From Candidatus Aenigmatarchaeota archaeon (GTDB lineage: Archaea; Aenigmatarchaeota; Aenigmatarchaeia; CG10238-14), in NCBI GenBank assembly GCA_018920345.1, contig JAHLMN010000005.1, positions 12,255 through 76,254 of the forward strand: a stretch of 64,000 nucleotides of DNA, read 5' to 3'. Shown piece by piece: positions 7,567 to 16,802 of this stretch. The notes beneath the pieces are model-generated. The model did not search any database. It was not told where the DNA came from and worked only from the letters and a program-made list of their open reading frames with translations. How positions within the stretch are numbered: the first letter of the stretch is position 1; each line of letters opens with the position of its first letter. The translations under genes were made by a program, and so were the position numbers.

Positions 7567-9906
7567 ATGCCTATTGATAAGAAGACTTTGATGAAAAAGT
7601 TTCAAACACAACCTGAAAAATATTGGAAGGTTTCTTTATTTGATGAAAAAGGTTTTGTTAGAAAAAAATGCATCAGTTGTGGAAAATATTTTTGGACATT
7701 AGATGCTAGTAGAGAGAAATGCGATGACCAACCTTGTCGATTTTATGATTTTATTGGCAACCCACCAACTAATAAAAAATTAGATTATGTAGAAACATGG
7801 AAAGTTATAGAGAAATTTTTTGTCAAGAACGGTCATACATCTTTAAGAAGATATCCTGTTGTTTGCAGATGGTATCCTCTATATTTTAACATAGCTTCTA
7901 TAATAGATTTCTATAGAATAGATCAAGGTCAACTTACATTTGAATTTCCAGCAAATCCGGTAATAGTTCCACAGTTTTGTTTGCGATTTAATGATATACC
8001 GAATGTTGGGATAACAGGTAAGCATTTTACTTGCTTTAATATGATTGGGCAAGCAGGTTTTTATGATGGCAAACAAGGATATTGGAAGGATAGATGCATA
8101 GAACTTGATTTTAATTTTGTTACAAAAGAGCTAGGCATACCTGAAAAAGAAGTTATATTTATAGAAGATATGTGGGTAGGTCCAAGCGCTTTTGGTCCTT
8201 CTTTAGAATATTATTCTAGAGGTTTAGAGCTAGGTAATGCTGTATTTACTGAGTTTGTTGGAACTATTGATAATTACAAAGAGATGCAACCAAAAGTAAT
8301 TGATATGGGCGCAGGTTTAGAAAGGTTAGCTTGGATAACTAATGGTACACCTACTGCTTATGATGTTACCTTTGAGCCAGTAATAAGATATATGTTAAAA
8401 GAAACAGGGTTAACTGCTGATTGGGATTTCTTTCAAAAATACTCTCGCTTAGCCGGGTCCTTGAATATTGAAGAAGCTGGCGATTTAAAAAAAGCAAGAT
8501 CAAAAATAGCAAAAGAAATTGGTATAAGTGTAGATAAATTAATTGAAAAAGTAAGACCATTCGAAGCAATGTATGCTATAGCTGATCATACAAGAGCTTT
8601 GACTTTTGCGATATCAGATGGTGCTTTGCCTAGTAATGTAGGTGGTGGCTATAACTTAAGAATAATTTTAAGAAGAACATTTTCATTTTTGGATGAAGTA
8701 AAACTCAATTTAGATTTAATAAAAATTTGTGAATTACATGCCAAACAATTAGAGTATTTTTCACCAGAATTAAAAGAACATATAAACGACATAAATACAA
8801 TATTTGATGTTGAAAGGAAAAGATATAACTCAAGCAAGACAAGAGCTCAAAAAATTGTTGAAGAAATTGTTAACAAAAATGAAGAAATAAATGAAGATAA
8901 GCTAGTCACTCTTTATGATTCTGAAGGAATTACACCAGAATTAATTTTGCAGTATAAACCTGATTTAAAGATACCTGAAGATTTTTATTCCAGAGTTGCA
9001 GCTAAACACATGAAAGAAGAAGAAACAGTAAAAAGACAAGAAATAGATGTTTCAGGTTTACCTGCAACACAAGCTCTCTATTATGATGATGAAAAAAAGA
9101 TGGAGTTTAAAGCTAAAGTGCTTAAAGTAATAAACAATCAATGGGTTGTTTTAGATAAAACATACTTTTATCCTGAAAGTGGTGGGCAAAAAGCTGACAT
9201 GGGTTTCATAGATGGTCAACCTGTTATGGATGTTCAAAAAATTGGAAATGTAATTGTTCATAGAGTGGTTGGTAATATTCAAGAAGGTAAGGAAGTAGAA
9301 TGTAAAATAAATGCTTATAGAAGACAAATACACACAAGACACCATACAGCTACTCATGTTGTATTTACTGCCGCTAAACAAGTTTTAGGATCTTGGGTTT
9401 GGCAACATGGCGCAGAAAAATCAACTGAAAAGGCTAGAATAGATATAACTCATTTTGACAGCTTAACAGAGCAACAAATAAAAGAGATAGAGAGAATAGC
9501 TAATGAAATTGTTGAAAAGAATTTTACAGTGAAGAAAGAATGGTATGATAGAACAGAAGCAGAAAACAAATTTGGTTTCACTATTTATCAAGGTGGATAT
9601 GTGCCAAATAAAAAAGTTAGAATAGTATCTATAGGCAACCTAAATAGTCAAGCTTGTGGTGGTACGCATGTGGATAAAACAAAAGAAATTGGATATATAA
9701 CAATATTAAAGACAAAAAGAATTCAAGATGGTGTTGTAAGAATTGAATTTTGTTCAGGAGAAATAGCAGAAAAATATTTGAAAGAAAAAGCAGATTTATT
9801 AAAACAGACTTTGGATATTTTGAAAGTTGAAGAGGATAAAGCTATTGATGCTGCTACTCAATTATTTGAAAAATGGAAAGATTTGAGAAAAAAAGTGAAA
9901 AAATGA
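7567..9906 (+). CDS. alaS: Alanyl-tRNA synthetase (archaeal type)
   Basis: Archaeal AlaRS catalytic-core motifs (RRYPVVCRWYP...ASIIDFYR...CLRFNDIPNVGITGKHFTCFNMIGQAGF) and editing-domain motifs HHTATHVV and CGGTHV. At 779 aa it appears to lack the C-terminal C-Ala domain. Confidence 0.85.
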   Translation: MPIDKKTLMKKFQTQPEKYWKVSLFDEKGFVRKKCISCGKYFWTLDASREKCDDQPCRFYDFIGNPPTNKKLDYVETWKVIEKFFVKNGHTSLRRYPVVCRWYPLYFNIASIIDFYRIDQGQLTFEFPANPVIVPQFCLRFNDIPNVGITGKHFTCFNMIGQAGFYDGKQGYWKDRCIELDFNFVTKELGIPEKEVIFIEDMWVGPSAFGPSLEYYSRGLELGNAVFTEFVGTIDNYKEMQPKVIDMGAGLERLAWITNGTPTAYDVTFEPVIRYMLKETGLTADWDFFQKYSRLAGSLNIEEAGDLKKARSKIAKEIGISVDKLIEKVRPFEAMYAIADHTRALTFAISDGALPSNVGGGYNLRIILRRTFSFLDEVKLNLDLIKICELHAKQLEYFSPELKEHINDINTIFDVERKRYNSSKTRAQKIVEEIVNKNEEINEDKLVTLYDSEGITPELILQYKPDLKIPEDFYSRVAAKHMKEEETVKRQEIDVSGLPATQALYYDDEKKMEFKAKVLKVINNQWVVLDKTYFYPESGGQKADMGFIDGQPVMDVQKIGNVIVHRVVGNIQEGKEVECKINAYRRQIHTRHHTATHVVFTAAKQVLGSWVWQHGAEKSTEKARIDITHFDSLTEQQIKEIERIANEIVEKNFTVKKEWYDRTEAENKFGFTIYQGGYVPNKKVRIVSIGNLNSQACGGTHVDKTKEIGYITILKTKRIQDGVVRIEFCSGEIAEKYLKEKADLLKQTLDILKVEEDKAIDAATQLFEKWKDLRKKVKK

Positions 9907-10835
9907 ACATACCTAGAGGCGCTTATGTAGCTGTTAAACAATGTATGAAAATAAAAAAAGGAGAAAAGGTTTTGATAATTACTGATCAAAAAATGAACCA
10001 GTTTTTGTCAAAATCAATAGAATATGTTTGCAAACAACAAGGTGCTAAAACAAGTCTAGTTAATATAAAACCTTTAGAAAGAAATGGTCAGGAGCCAGAA
10101 AATGAAATAGCAAAATTAATGAGAGAATTTGATGCGGAGTTTTTAATTACATCAAAATCTCTTAGTCACACTAAAGCAAGAAAAAAAGCGTGTGAATCAG
10201 GAGCAAGAATAGCATCAATGCCTGGAATAACAGAATTTTCTTTTACTAAAGGAGGTTTGACAGCAAATTATAATAAAGTTAAAAAATTGTGTTTAAAGAT
10301 GTTTTTTGAAATTAAAAAGGCAAAAAAACTCGAGCTGAAAAGTTCTAATGGAACAGACATAATTTTTGAAATTGGAGATTATGCTTTAGACATAGATGAG
10401 GGTTTATATCATAAACCAGGTGATTTTGGAAACTTACCAGCAGGTGAAGTATCTACATCACCAAATGATTTTTCTGTTAATGGAAAATTAGTTATAGATA
10501 AAATGGGTAGATTTGGAGAAAACATTATTTTTGAAATAAAGGATAGTTTTGTAGAAAAAATAAAAGGTTCAAAAATTTTAGAAGAAGAAATTGAAATATT
10601 AGGAAATAAAGTAAGAATAATAGCAGAATTTGGTATAGGTACAAATCCAAAAGCAAAAATAATAGGAAACATTTTAGAAGACGAAAAGGTTTTAGGTACA
10701 GTTCATATGGCAATTGGAAATAATACATCTTATGGAGGAAAAAATGACGTTCAGTTTCATCAAGATGGAATTATATTTAAACCTCATTTGATTGTTGATC
10801 AAAAAGTTTTGATAAAAAATGGTGAATGGGTTTGA
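9903..10835 (+). CDS. M29-family aminopeptidase (aminopeptidase T / AmpS-like)
   Basis: GNLPAGEV...IAEFGIGTNPKA...GTVHMAIGNN pattern. ATG at 9903 forms an ATGA overlap with the alaS stop. The tracked alternative start 9873 is in the same frame. Confidence 0.7.
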   Translation: MNIPRGAYVAVKQCMKIKKGEKVLIITDQKMNQFLSKSIEYVCKQQGAKTSLVNIKPLERNGQEPENEIAKLMREFDAEFLITSKSLSHTKARKKACESGARIASMPGITEFSFTKGGLTANYNKVKKLCLKMFFEIKKAKKLELKSSNGTDIIFEIGDYALDIDEGLYHKPGDFGNLPAGEVSTSPNDFSVNGKLVIDKMGRFGENIIFEIKDSFVEKIKGSKILEEEIEILGNKVRIIAEFGIGTNPKAKIIGNILEDEKVLGTVHMAIGNNTSYGGKNDVQFHQDGIIFKPHLIVDQKVLIKNGEWV

Positions 10836-11305
10836 ATGATAAATTATTGAAAGCCATAGAAAAATTAAAGAAAATTGGCATAAACTATAAAATATTAGAA
10901 TTTAACGAGGCAGCAAGGACTTCTAGTGATGTTGCAAGATTATATGGTATAAACCCGAGAGAAATAATAAAAACATTGATTGTAAAGACAGATGACAATA
11001 GATTTTTTGCTGTAATGTTGCCAGGAATTTTAAAGATAGATAATAAAAAATTATTGAAAGAATTAAATGCAAAAAAAGATAGATTTTTGAATGAAGATGA
11101 ATTGAAAAATAATACAGAATTCGAGCCTGGTGAAGTTTGTCCAATACTAATAGAAAAAATACCAATTTTAGTTGATAAGACGGTTTTTGAAACAGAAAAT
11201 ATAAATTTTGGATCAGGGGATTTGTATTTTGGTATAGAAATAAAATCAAAAGATCTGCATAAAGCAATTAAAATAGAAAAAATTGTAGATATTGTTAAAT
11301 TTTAA
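10826..11305 (+). CDS. YbaK/ProX-type aminoacyl-tRNA deacylase
   Basis: TSSDVARLYGINPREIIKTLIVKTDDNRFFAVMLPGILKIDNKKLLKEL...GEVCPI matches the YbaK/ProX/EbsC deacylase fold pattern. It follows a cluster of synthetases. Confidence 0.65.
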   Translation: MGLNDKLLKAIEKLKKIGINYKILEFNEAARTSSDVARLYGINPREIIKTLIVKTDDNRFFAVMLPGILKIDNKKLLKELNAKKDRFLNEDELKNNTEFEPGEVCPILIEKIPILVDKTVFETENINFGSGDLYFGIEIKSKDLHKAIKIEKIVDIVKF

Positions 11306-11330
11306 TTTAAAATAAATTCATATAAAAAAT

Positions 11331-11843
11331 ATGAAACCAAACATGGGTTCTGGTGATGATGGAAAAACAAATTTAATAGGAAAAAGAGTTTGGAAAGACC
11401 ATTTAAGAGTAGAAATAAATGGAAATATAGATGAACTAAATAGTTTTTTAGGTTTAGCAAATTCAAAAATAAACTATGATGATATCAAGCAAGTAATATT
11501 AGATGTTCAAAATAAACTTTTTTTGATCGGCTCTATAGTAGCTTATTATAGTGATAAAAAAATAAAAAAAGAAGATGTAGATCATATAGAAAAGATGATA
11601 TTTGAATTTGAAAAAGAATTAGATCCATTGAAAAAATTTATTATTCCTTTTGGCGAGGAAGCTTGCTTGCTTCATATATGTAGATCAAAATGTAGAAATG
11701 TCGAGAGATTAATTGTTAAATTATCAAAAAAAGAAAAAATAGATAAAGAAATTTTATCTTACTTGAATAGGCTTTCTGATCTACTTTTTATATTATCAAG
11801 ATTAGTTAATAAGAGAAAAGGAATAAAAGAAATTGAATGGTAA
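11331..11843 (+). CDS. PduO-type ATP:cob(I)alamin adenosyltransferase
   Basis: GDDGKTNLIGKRVWKDHLRVEINGNIDELNSFLGLA matches the GDxGxTxL...R...KDD.RVEAYG.VDELNS.IG signature. Confidence 0.75.
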   Translation: MKPNMGSGDDGKTNLIGKRVWKDHLRVEINGNIDELNSFLGLANSKINYDDIKQVILDVQNKLFLIGSIVAYYSDKKIKKEDVDHIEKMIFEFEKELDPLKKFIIPFGEEACLLHICRSKCRNVERLIVKLSKKEKIDKEILSYLNRLSDLLFILSRLVNKRKGIKEIEW

Positions 11844-11850
11844 TAAATAA

Positions 11851-12285
11851 TTATTTTTTGCAGAAAACTTTTCCATCACCATTTGTGTCAGGAACATTAA
11901 CCTTAACCCCACTTTTTACTAAACCATCATTAAATTTTTTTATTGTATATTCTGGATTAATATCATCCCATAACCTTTTAAATCCATCCCAATCTCCATA
12001 TCCTCCAGGTCCAAGAAAATCCTCGCCCCTATAATAAGCAAAAGGCCAACAGCCTTCTGGCAATGTTTGTTCAAGAATTGACAAACCCTTTTTCGATTCA
12101 GGTAAAGCTGTTTGATAACTTGGTTCAGGCATAAACGATTCAGGTACAACTTGATAAATAGGAGTTGGAACAGTTGTTGGCGAAACAGGAGTTTTATTAT
12201 ATTTAGTTACATATCCAGCTATAAATATTCCACAAAAAGCCACTAATGATATAATTCCATATAAAAATCTTCTATTATTTTTCAT
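11851..12285 (-). CDS. Secreted or membrane-anchored hypothetical protein
   Basis: N-terminal signal anchor (LYGIISLVAFCGIFIAGYV) followed by a Pro/Thr-rich stretch. Confidence 0.55.
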   Translation of the reverse strand: MKNNRRFLYGIISLVAFCGIFIAGYVTKYNKTPVSPTTVPTPIYQVVPESFMPEPSYQTALPESKKGLSILEQTLPEGCWPFAYYRGEDFLGPGGYGDWDGFKRLWDDINPEYTIKKFNDGLVKSGVKVNVPDTNGDGKVFCKK

Positions 12286-12382
12286 ATTTTTAATTTAATA
12301 GTAATAAATTTAAATTTTACAATTTTTAAATGTCAAATTTTAACAATTTAAAACTTTAAAATCAAAATAAAAATAGATCAAA

Positions 12383-12553
12383 ATGATAAAAATTGATAGA
12401 GATTTATGTATAGGTTGTGGTGCTTGTGTTGCTATATGTAGTGAAGTTTTTGAAATAGATAAAAATGGAAAATCAAGAATAAAACAACAAAAAAATACAA
12501 GTTGTGTCGATAAGGCAATAAAATCATGTCCTGTTGGTGCAATAACAAAGTGA
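12383..12553 (+). CDS. Small 4Fe-4S ferredoxin (56 aa)
   Basis: MIKIDRDLCIGCGACVAICSEVFEIDKNGKSRIKQQKNTSCVDKAIKSCPVGAITK has a CxxCxxC...C cluster motif and a second half-motif. Too short for the ORF track. Confidence 0.6.
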   Translation: MIKIDRDLCIGCGACVAICSEVFEIDKNGKSRIKQQKNTSCVDKAIKSCPVGAITK

Positions 12554-12557
12554 TTTT

Positions 12558-13637
12558 ATGGATATAGAAAGAAGAATAGAATTGATAAAAGCACCGCCTA
12601 CAGAAGAAGTGATAACAGAGCAAGATTTAAAAGAGCTACTAGAAACAAAACAAAAACCTATTGCTTATGATGGTTTTGAAACATCGGGTTTACTTCATTT
12701 AGGTTCAGGTGTTTTAAGAGCTATAAAAATTCAAGATATGTTAGAAGCTAAATGTGATTTTATACTTTGGATAGCTGATTGGTTTGCTTATATAAATAAT
12801 AAAATGGGTGGAGATTTGGAGTTAATAAAGAAAACAGGAGAATATTATATAGAGGGTTGGAAAGCATGTGGTGTTGATATAAAAAAAGTAAAAATATTGT
12901 GGACAAGTGATGCTGTCAAAGATCCTGATTATTGGAAAGGTGTTATAGATGTTGCCAAAAACACAACCGTTAAAAGAACTATAAGAGCTAGTCCTATAAT
13001 GGGAAGAAATGAAGCAGAAATAAAATATACAGCACAACTGCTTTATCCTATGATGCAGGCATGGGATCCTTTTTATTTTGGTGCAGATATTCTTCAACTT
13101 GGTATGGATCAAAGACACGCTACTATGCTTTCTAGAGAGTTAGCAGAAAAACTTGGATTTTCTAAAAGAATATGCGTTCACCATCATCTTTTAGCTGGTT
13201 TGCAAGCAGGAAAGGGAAGAATGGGTAAAGATGATTTAGATACGCAGATAGAAAATAAAATGAGCAAGTCTAAGCCAGAGACAGCAATATTTATTCATGA
13301 TACCAAGGAAGAAATAAAAAGGAAGATAATGAATGCTTATTGTCCAGAAAAGATAGTGGAAGGAAATCCTATAATAGAAATATGGAAATATATAATACTA
13401 AGAAAGTTTTCTGTGAGAACAATAAAAAGACCTCAAAAATTTGGTGGAGATTTACAAATAGAAAGTTATCAACAACTAGAAGATTTATTTAAAAAAGGTG
13501 ATTTACATCCTTTAGATTTAAAGAATGAAACTATAGAAGCCTTAGATGAAATATTAGAACCTATAAGAAAACATTTTGAAAAAGATAAACCTAGAGAATT
13601 GTATGAAATAGTTAAAAATGCAAAGATAACCAGATAA
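12558..13637 (+). CDS. tyrS: Tyrosyl-tRNA synthetase (archaeal type)
   Basis: GFETSGLLHLGSG, IADWFAYINNK (LADLHAYLN-like), LYPMMQAWDPFYFGADILQLGMDQRHATMLSREL (matches IYPIMQVND..GGMEQRKIHMLAREL of archaeal TyrRS), and KMSKS. TrpRS is less likely. Confidence 0.75.
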   Translation: MDIERRIELIKAPPTEEVITEQDLKELLETKQKPIAYDGFETSGLLHLGSGVLRAIKIQDMLEAKCDFILWIADWFAYINNKMGGDLELIKKTGEYYIEGWKACGVDIKKVKILWTSDAVKDPDYWKGVIDVAKNTTVKRTIRASPIMGRNEAEIKYTAQLLYPMMQAWDPFYFGADILQLGMDQRHATMLSRELAEKLGFSKRICVHHHLLAGLQAGKGRMGKDDLDTQIENKMSKSKPETAIFIHDTKEEIKRKIMNAYCPEKIVEGNPIIEIWKYIILRKFSVRTIKRPQKFGGDLQIESYQQLEDLFKKGDLHPLDLKNETIEALDEILEPIRKHFEKDKPRELYEIVKNAKITR

Positions 13638-13638
13638 T

Positions 13639-13893
13639 TTAACTAGGGTAATCTTGTAGCCAATTCTTTATTGCTTTTTTTATATCAACAACTTCTTTTG
13701 TTCCATCTGGTAAAGGTCTTTTAATTGTCATAGGTATTTTCATTTGCCTAAACTCTTGCTCAGCTATTTCCATTGGGTCAGATGCATCTGTTTTAATAAG
13801 TAAAGGTGCACCTAGAAAAATTTGTAAAGCTCTAGCACCTATAATCCTTGCAACTTCAAATCTAGTTAATCTATCTTTTGGCCATTCTGGCAT
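13639..13893 (-). CDS. rpoK: DNA-directed RNA polymerase subunit K (Rpb6 homologue)
   Basis: LTRFEVARIIGARALQIFLGAPLLI is the RpoK/Rpb6 signature. Start chosen at MPEWPK (13893), which avoids overlap with rpoN. The tracked alternative is 13923. Confidence 0.75.
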   Translation of the reverse strand: MPEWPKDRLTRFEVARIIGARALQIFLGAPLLIKTDASDPMEIAEQEFRQMKIPMTIKRPLPDGTKEVVDIKKAIKNWLQDYPS

Positions 13894-13903
13894 TAAAACA
13901 CCT

Positions 13904-14098
13904 TTAAGGTTTAAACTTTGCAACTTTTTGTATTAGATCAACATGACTGATGAATAAAGACCTACAACAATATCTTTCTAAGCCTAGATCATTTAATACT
14001 TTTTCGCTATTCTCACCATTTTTAATTCTTTTTTGATATTCTTCCCACAAGTGACCAACTACTTTCCCACAAGAAAAACATCTTACAGGTATAATCAT
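13904..14098 (-). CDS. rpoN: DNA-directed RNA polymerase subunit N (Rpb10 homologue)
   Basis: MIIPVRCFSCGKVVGHLWEEY...LGLERYCCRSLFISHVDL shows the Rpb10 CxxC...CC zinc-bundle signature. Confidence 0.85.
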   Translation of the reverse strand: MIIPVRCFSCGKVVGHLWEEYQKRIKNGENSEKVLNDLGLERYCCRSLFISHVDLIQKVAKFKP

Positions 14099-14215
14099 TC
14101 AATCTCCTACCAATATTTAAATTTTGCAAATATAATTCTTATCCTCAAAATTTTTAAAGATATCTTTCTTAGAAACTCCTATCATTTTATATCTATTAAA
14201 AACAATTATAATCTA

Positions 14216-14497
14216 ATGAGTATAGATATTGATTTTGAAAAAAAACCCATAAAATCTAAAAAGCTCAAAATAATCTCTAATATAGGCTCACTTTATGCTA
14301 CTTTTGATGGATCTAGAGTATGGGAAATTGATCAAGCAGTAAATTATGTTCTAAGTTTATGTGATGGAAATAGAAGAATAGAAGACATAGCACAAGAAAT
14401 AGCTAAAACAATAGAAAGTGATATAGAAGTAGTAAGACAAACTTTAGCTAGTATGATGTTAGAGCTTGAGAAAAATGGTTTTATAGAATATTTATGA
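14216..14497 (+). CDS. PqqD-family / RiPP-recognition-element-like small protein
   Basis: MSIDIDFEKK...GSLYATFDGSRVWEIDQAVNYVLSLCDGNRRIEDIAQEIAKTIESDIEVVRQTLASMMLELEKNGFIEYL. The tracked ORF start at 14033 is an antisense extension over rpoN. The internal ATG at 14216 gives a 93-aa PqqD-sized protein. Confidence 0.55.
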   Translation: MSIDIDFEKKPIKSKKLKIISNIGSLYATFDGSRVWEIDQAVNYVLSLCDGNRRIEDIAQEIAKTIESDIEVVRQTLASMMLELEKNGFIEYL

Positions 14498-14740
14498 AAC
14501 CTTCTTTAACTTTTCTAATACTTCTTCTTCTTTTATTAATTTAACATATCTTTCTTTCAAATAACATAATTTTGCCACACCAACTTTTCTTTGATAAATT
14601 ATACCAGCTCCTATTAACTCGTGAACATATTTTGTAGCTGTTAATCTATTCATATTAGTTAGTTGGGCTATTTTTTGTAGTGTTAATCCTTCTGGGTGTT
14701 TTTTCAAAAGCTCTATTATTGATTGTTTAGGATCGCTCAT
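14492..14740 (-). CDS. Winged-helix DNA-binding protein (paralogue of the N-terminus of gene 18212-19069)
   Basis: IIELLKKHPEGLTLQKIAQLTNMNRLTATKYVHELIGAGIIYQRKVGVAKLCYL aligns with ILQLLSKHPEGLTITSIAEKLGIHRHTATKYVKDLILSGEINERNVGMAKLCFL. Confidence 0.7.
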   Translation of the reverse strand: MSDPKQSIIELLKKHPEGLTLQKIAQLTNMNRLTATKYVHELIGAGIIYQRKVGVAKLCYLKERYVKLIKEEEVLEKLKKVS

Positions 14741-14829
14741 AGTAATCGATAATAATTAATGTTAAACAATAATATTTAAAATTAATTATAAACCGAAATG
14801 TTTATAAGCTGGGTTAACAATATCTATTT

Positions 14830-15723
14830 ATGGACAAAATGAAAATAGAAAATATTTTAATAATTTCATTTATATTGGCTCTATCTATTTTATCACTTGT
14901 AAATTTTCCTTCTATTCAGGCAGCTACAAACGATACTGTTGTAATTCATGTTAATGTATCTTTATTATCAGAAATAACTGTTACTCCAGAAATGTTAGAA
15001 TGGTTGAATATAGTTCCAGGAACACCAGCAGCAGAATATAGTGTAGATATAAAAAACACAGGATCTACCAATTTCACAAAATTATGGGCAACTGTTAACT
15101 CTTTTGCTACTGAAACTACAAATCCTCTAGGAAAAGGTAATCCTTTATTATATGCAGCAGGATCTTTCTTACTTTTGAAAAATGAAACAGGTGAAGATGC
15201 ATTTAGATTCGTCAACAGAATGGAATGGAATGAAACAGAAATGCCTACATATATGGTTCCTAACCCATCTGACGCTGTGTCATGGGGTTATTTCAGGAAT
15301 TTCACTGATATCTATTTGTGGAATTTTAATGACAGTGCGACTGCAGGCGAATGCCTGAATGGGACAGAAATGCAATTTAGAATAAAGACAACACCTGAAT
15401 CTATAGTATTGCCAAACAGAGATATGACAGTCGGCACAGTAGCAGCTACATTTGAAGCAAATACAACAGAATGGAGTGCATGGAGTTTTTCATCAGGACC
15501 ATTAGCTGGATATTGTGTTTACATATACAAAGATTGTCAAAAGATAATGGTTGCACAATGGGACTATAATCAAACTTTACCAGCATGTAGCTCAAGAAAA
15601 TATATAACTCAAGAATTCTTTATGCCAAACATGATTCATACTGTTAATTTAACAGTCTATATACCAAGAGGAGTTCCATACGGTAATACTACATCGAATA
15701 TTTTAACAATAGTAGCTGAATAG
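14830..15723 (+). CDS. Secreted protein with multiple N-glycosylation sequons
   Basis: Signal peptide (ILIISFILALSILSLVNFPSIQAA) and many NxS/T sites. Confidence 0.6.
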   Translation: MDKMKIENILIISFILALSILSLVNFPSIQAATNDTVVIHVNVSLLSEITVTPEMLEWLNIVPGTPAAEYSVDIKNTGSTNFTKLWATVNSFATETTNPLGKGNPLLYAAGSFLLLKNETGEDAFRFVNRMEWNETEMPTYMVPNPSDAVSWGYFRNFTDIYLWNFNDSATAGECLNGTEMQFRIKTTPESIVLPNRDMTVGTVAATFEANTTEWSAWSFSSGPLAGYCVYIYKDCQKIMVAQWDYNQTLPACSSRKYITQEFFMPNMIHTVNLTVYIPRGVPYGNTTSNILTIVAE

Positions 15724-15733
15724 GCTGTTTTTT

Positions 15734-15925
15734 ATGGGTCTATTTGGTGGATATTCTTATAAAAATAAAAAAGGTGAGAAATATTATTTACATTATTCTG
15801 AAAAAAAGAAAGTTTATTATTTTTCTAAAGAACCTACCGATTCAATAGATTTACCTATAGGCTACGAAGTGGTAGAAAGTCCTAGGACCGGGCTACCTGT
15901 TTTAAGAAAAATAGGGAAAAAATAA
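15734..15925 (+). CDS. Small hypothetical protein (63 aa)
   Basis: ORF 11 nt downstream of the preceding gene. Basic and Tyr-rich. No family recognised. Confidence 0.4.
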   Translation: MGLFGGYSYKNKKGEKYYLHYSEKKKVYYFSKEPTDSIDLPIGYEVVESPRTGLPVLRKIGKK

Positions 15926-15990
15926 TTGTTTCACTATAGTTTCATCTAGTAAAAAAATGTTATAGGTAACTAAATTTTAAAAATTTCAAA

Positions 15991-16032
15991 TGTTATAGTT
16001 AACTATAACAAATTTTGCCAAAATTGGCAAAA
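15991..16032. promoter_or_regulatory. Two adjacent palindromes in a promoter region: perfect 20-bp TGTTATAGTTAACTATAACA, then TTTTGCCAA-aa-TTGGCAAAA (9-bp arms)
   Basis: Read directly from the sequence. A third partial copy (TGTTATAGgTAACT) lies at 15958-15971. They sit immediately upstream of the ATG at 16066. Confidence 0.45.
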
Positions 16033-16065
16033 CATACAGTTCAGACCGTCTGGCCGGGGGGTGTC

Positions 16066-16776
16066 ATGGAGCAGCAATTATGGGCATTTGACAAGTTCTG
16101 GATAATATGGTCTTCTTGTTTAGACAAGCCTAGAACGCTTAATGAAATACAAGACTTTTGGGAGTATGATGGTAATGCTTTATACCAAAAAGGTTTGAAT
16201 AAACCAATTTGGAAAGAAATGCTTGAGCAAGGTTTTATAGAAAGCAAAGGCAAAGTTAAAGTAAGAGGAGTTTCTGGCGATTTAATATATGGTAAGCTTG
16301 AATGGATACCCAATTATTTAGAAGAATTATCAAAAGAGTTGAGAGTAAAATATGAAAACGAGCAACTTTTCCATCTTTTAAAATGTATAGAGAACAAGAA
16401 AAAACTTTTGTATTATATTGATACAAACAGAACAGTATTCTTTTTGTTACCTAGACTTAAAATATTGTTTGGTAAAAAAGATGTGCTGAAAGCAAACTAT
16501 GATCTATGTATAACAGCACCTTTAACAATAATATTTAACTACTATATAATAACTACACTAAAGAAAAAATTGAAGCTAGAGCTAGATAGTATATTTCTGC
16601 TTTCCCATTCACTAATATTTACACCTTTTAGTAGAATAAATTTTCTAGGATATTACAAGGCTGTGATGAAAGAATTATCATTAAAAGAGTTGCCTTTGGG
16701 AATTTTTAATGAAGCAGCGACTTTTAAATTATGGAAAGATTATGCAAAGGATATTTTGAAAGAGATAAATCTCTAA
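16066..16776 (+). CDS. Hypothetical protein (ATG start; tracked TTG start 16015 lies inside the palindrome)
   Basis: 236-aa ORF MEQQLWAFDKFW... No family recognised. Confidence 0.5.
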   Translation: MEQQLWAFDKFWIIWSSCLDKPRTLNEIQDFWEYDGNALYQKGLNKPIWKEMLEQGFIESKGKVKVRGVSGDLIYGKLEWIPNYLEELSKELRVKYENEQLFHLLKCIENKKKLLYYIDTNRTVFFLLPRLKILFGKKDVLKANYDLCITAPLTIIFNYYIITTLKKKLKLELDSIFLLSHSLIFTPFSRINFLGYYKAVMKELSLKELPLGIFNEAATFKLWKDYAKDILKEINL

Positions 16777-16802
16777 ATTAAAAAAATATTATTGTTGAGA
16801 AA

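Noticed and set aside
14033-14215. N-terminal 61 codons of tracked ORF 14033-14497.
   Set aside because: This part overlaps rpoN on the opposite strand and has a low-complexity, Tyr/Asn-rich translation. The real PqqD-like gene starts at the internal ATG 14216.
16015-16065. Tracked TTG start for gene 16015-16776.
   Set aside because: The TTG lies inside the 9-2-9 inverted repeat. The in-frame ATG at 16066 (MEQQLWAF) is a more plausible start.
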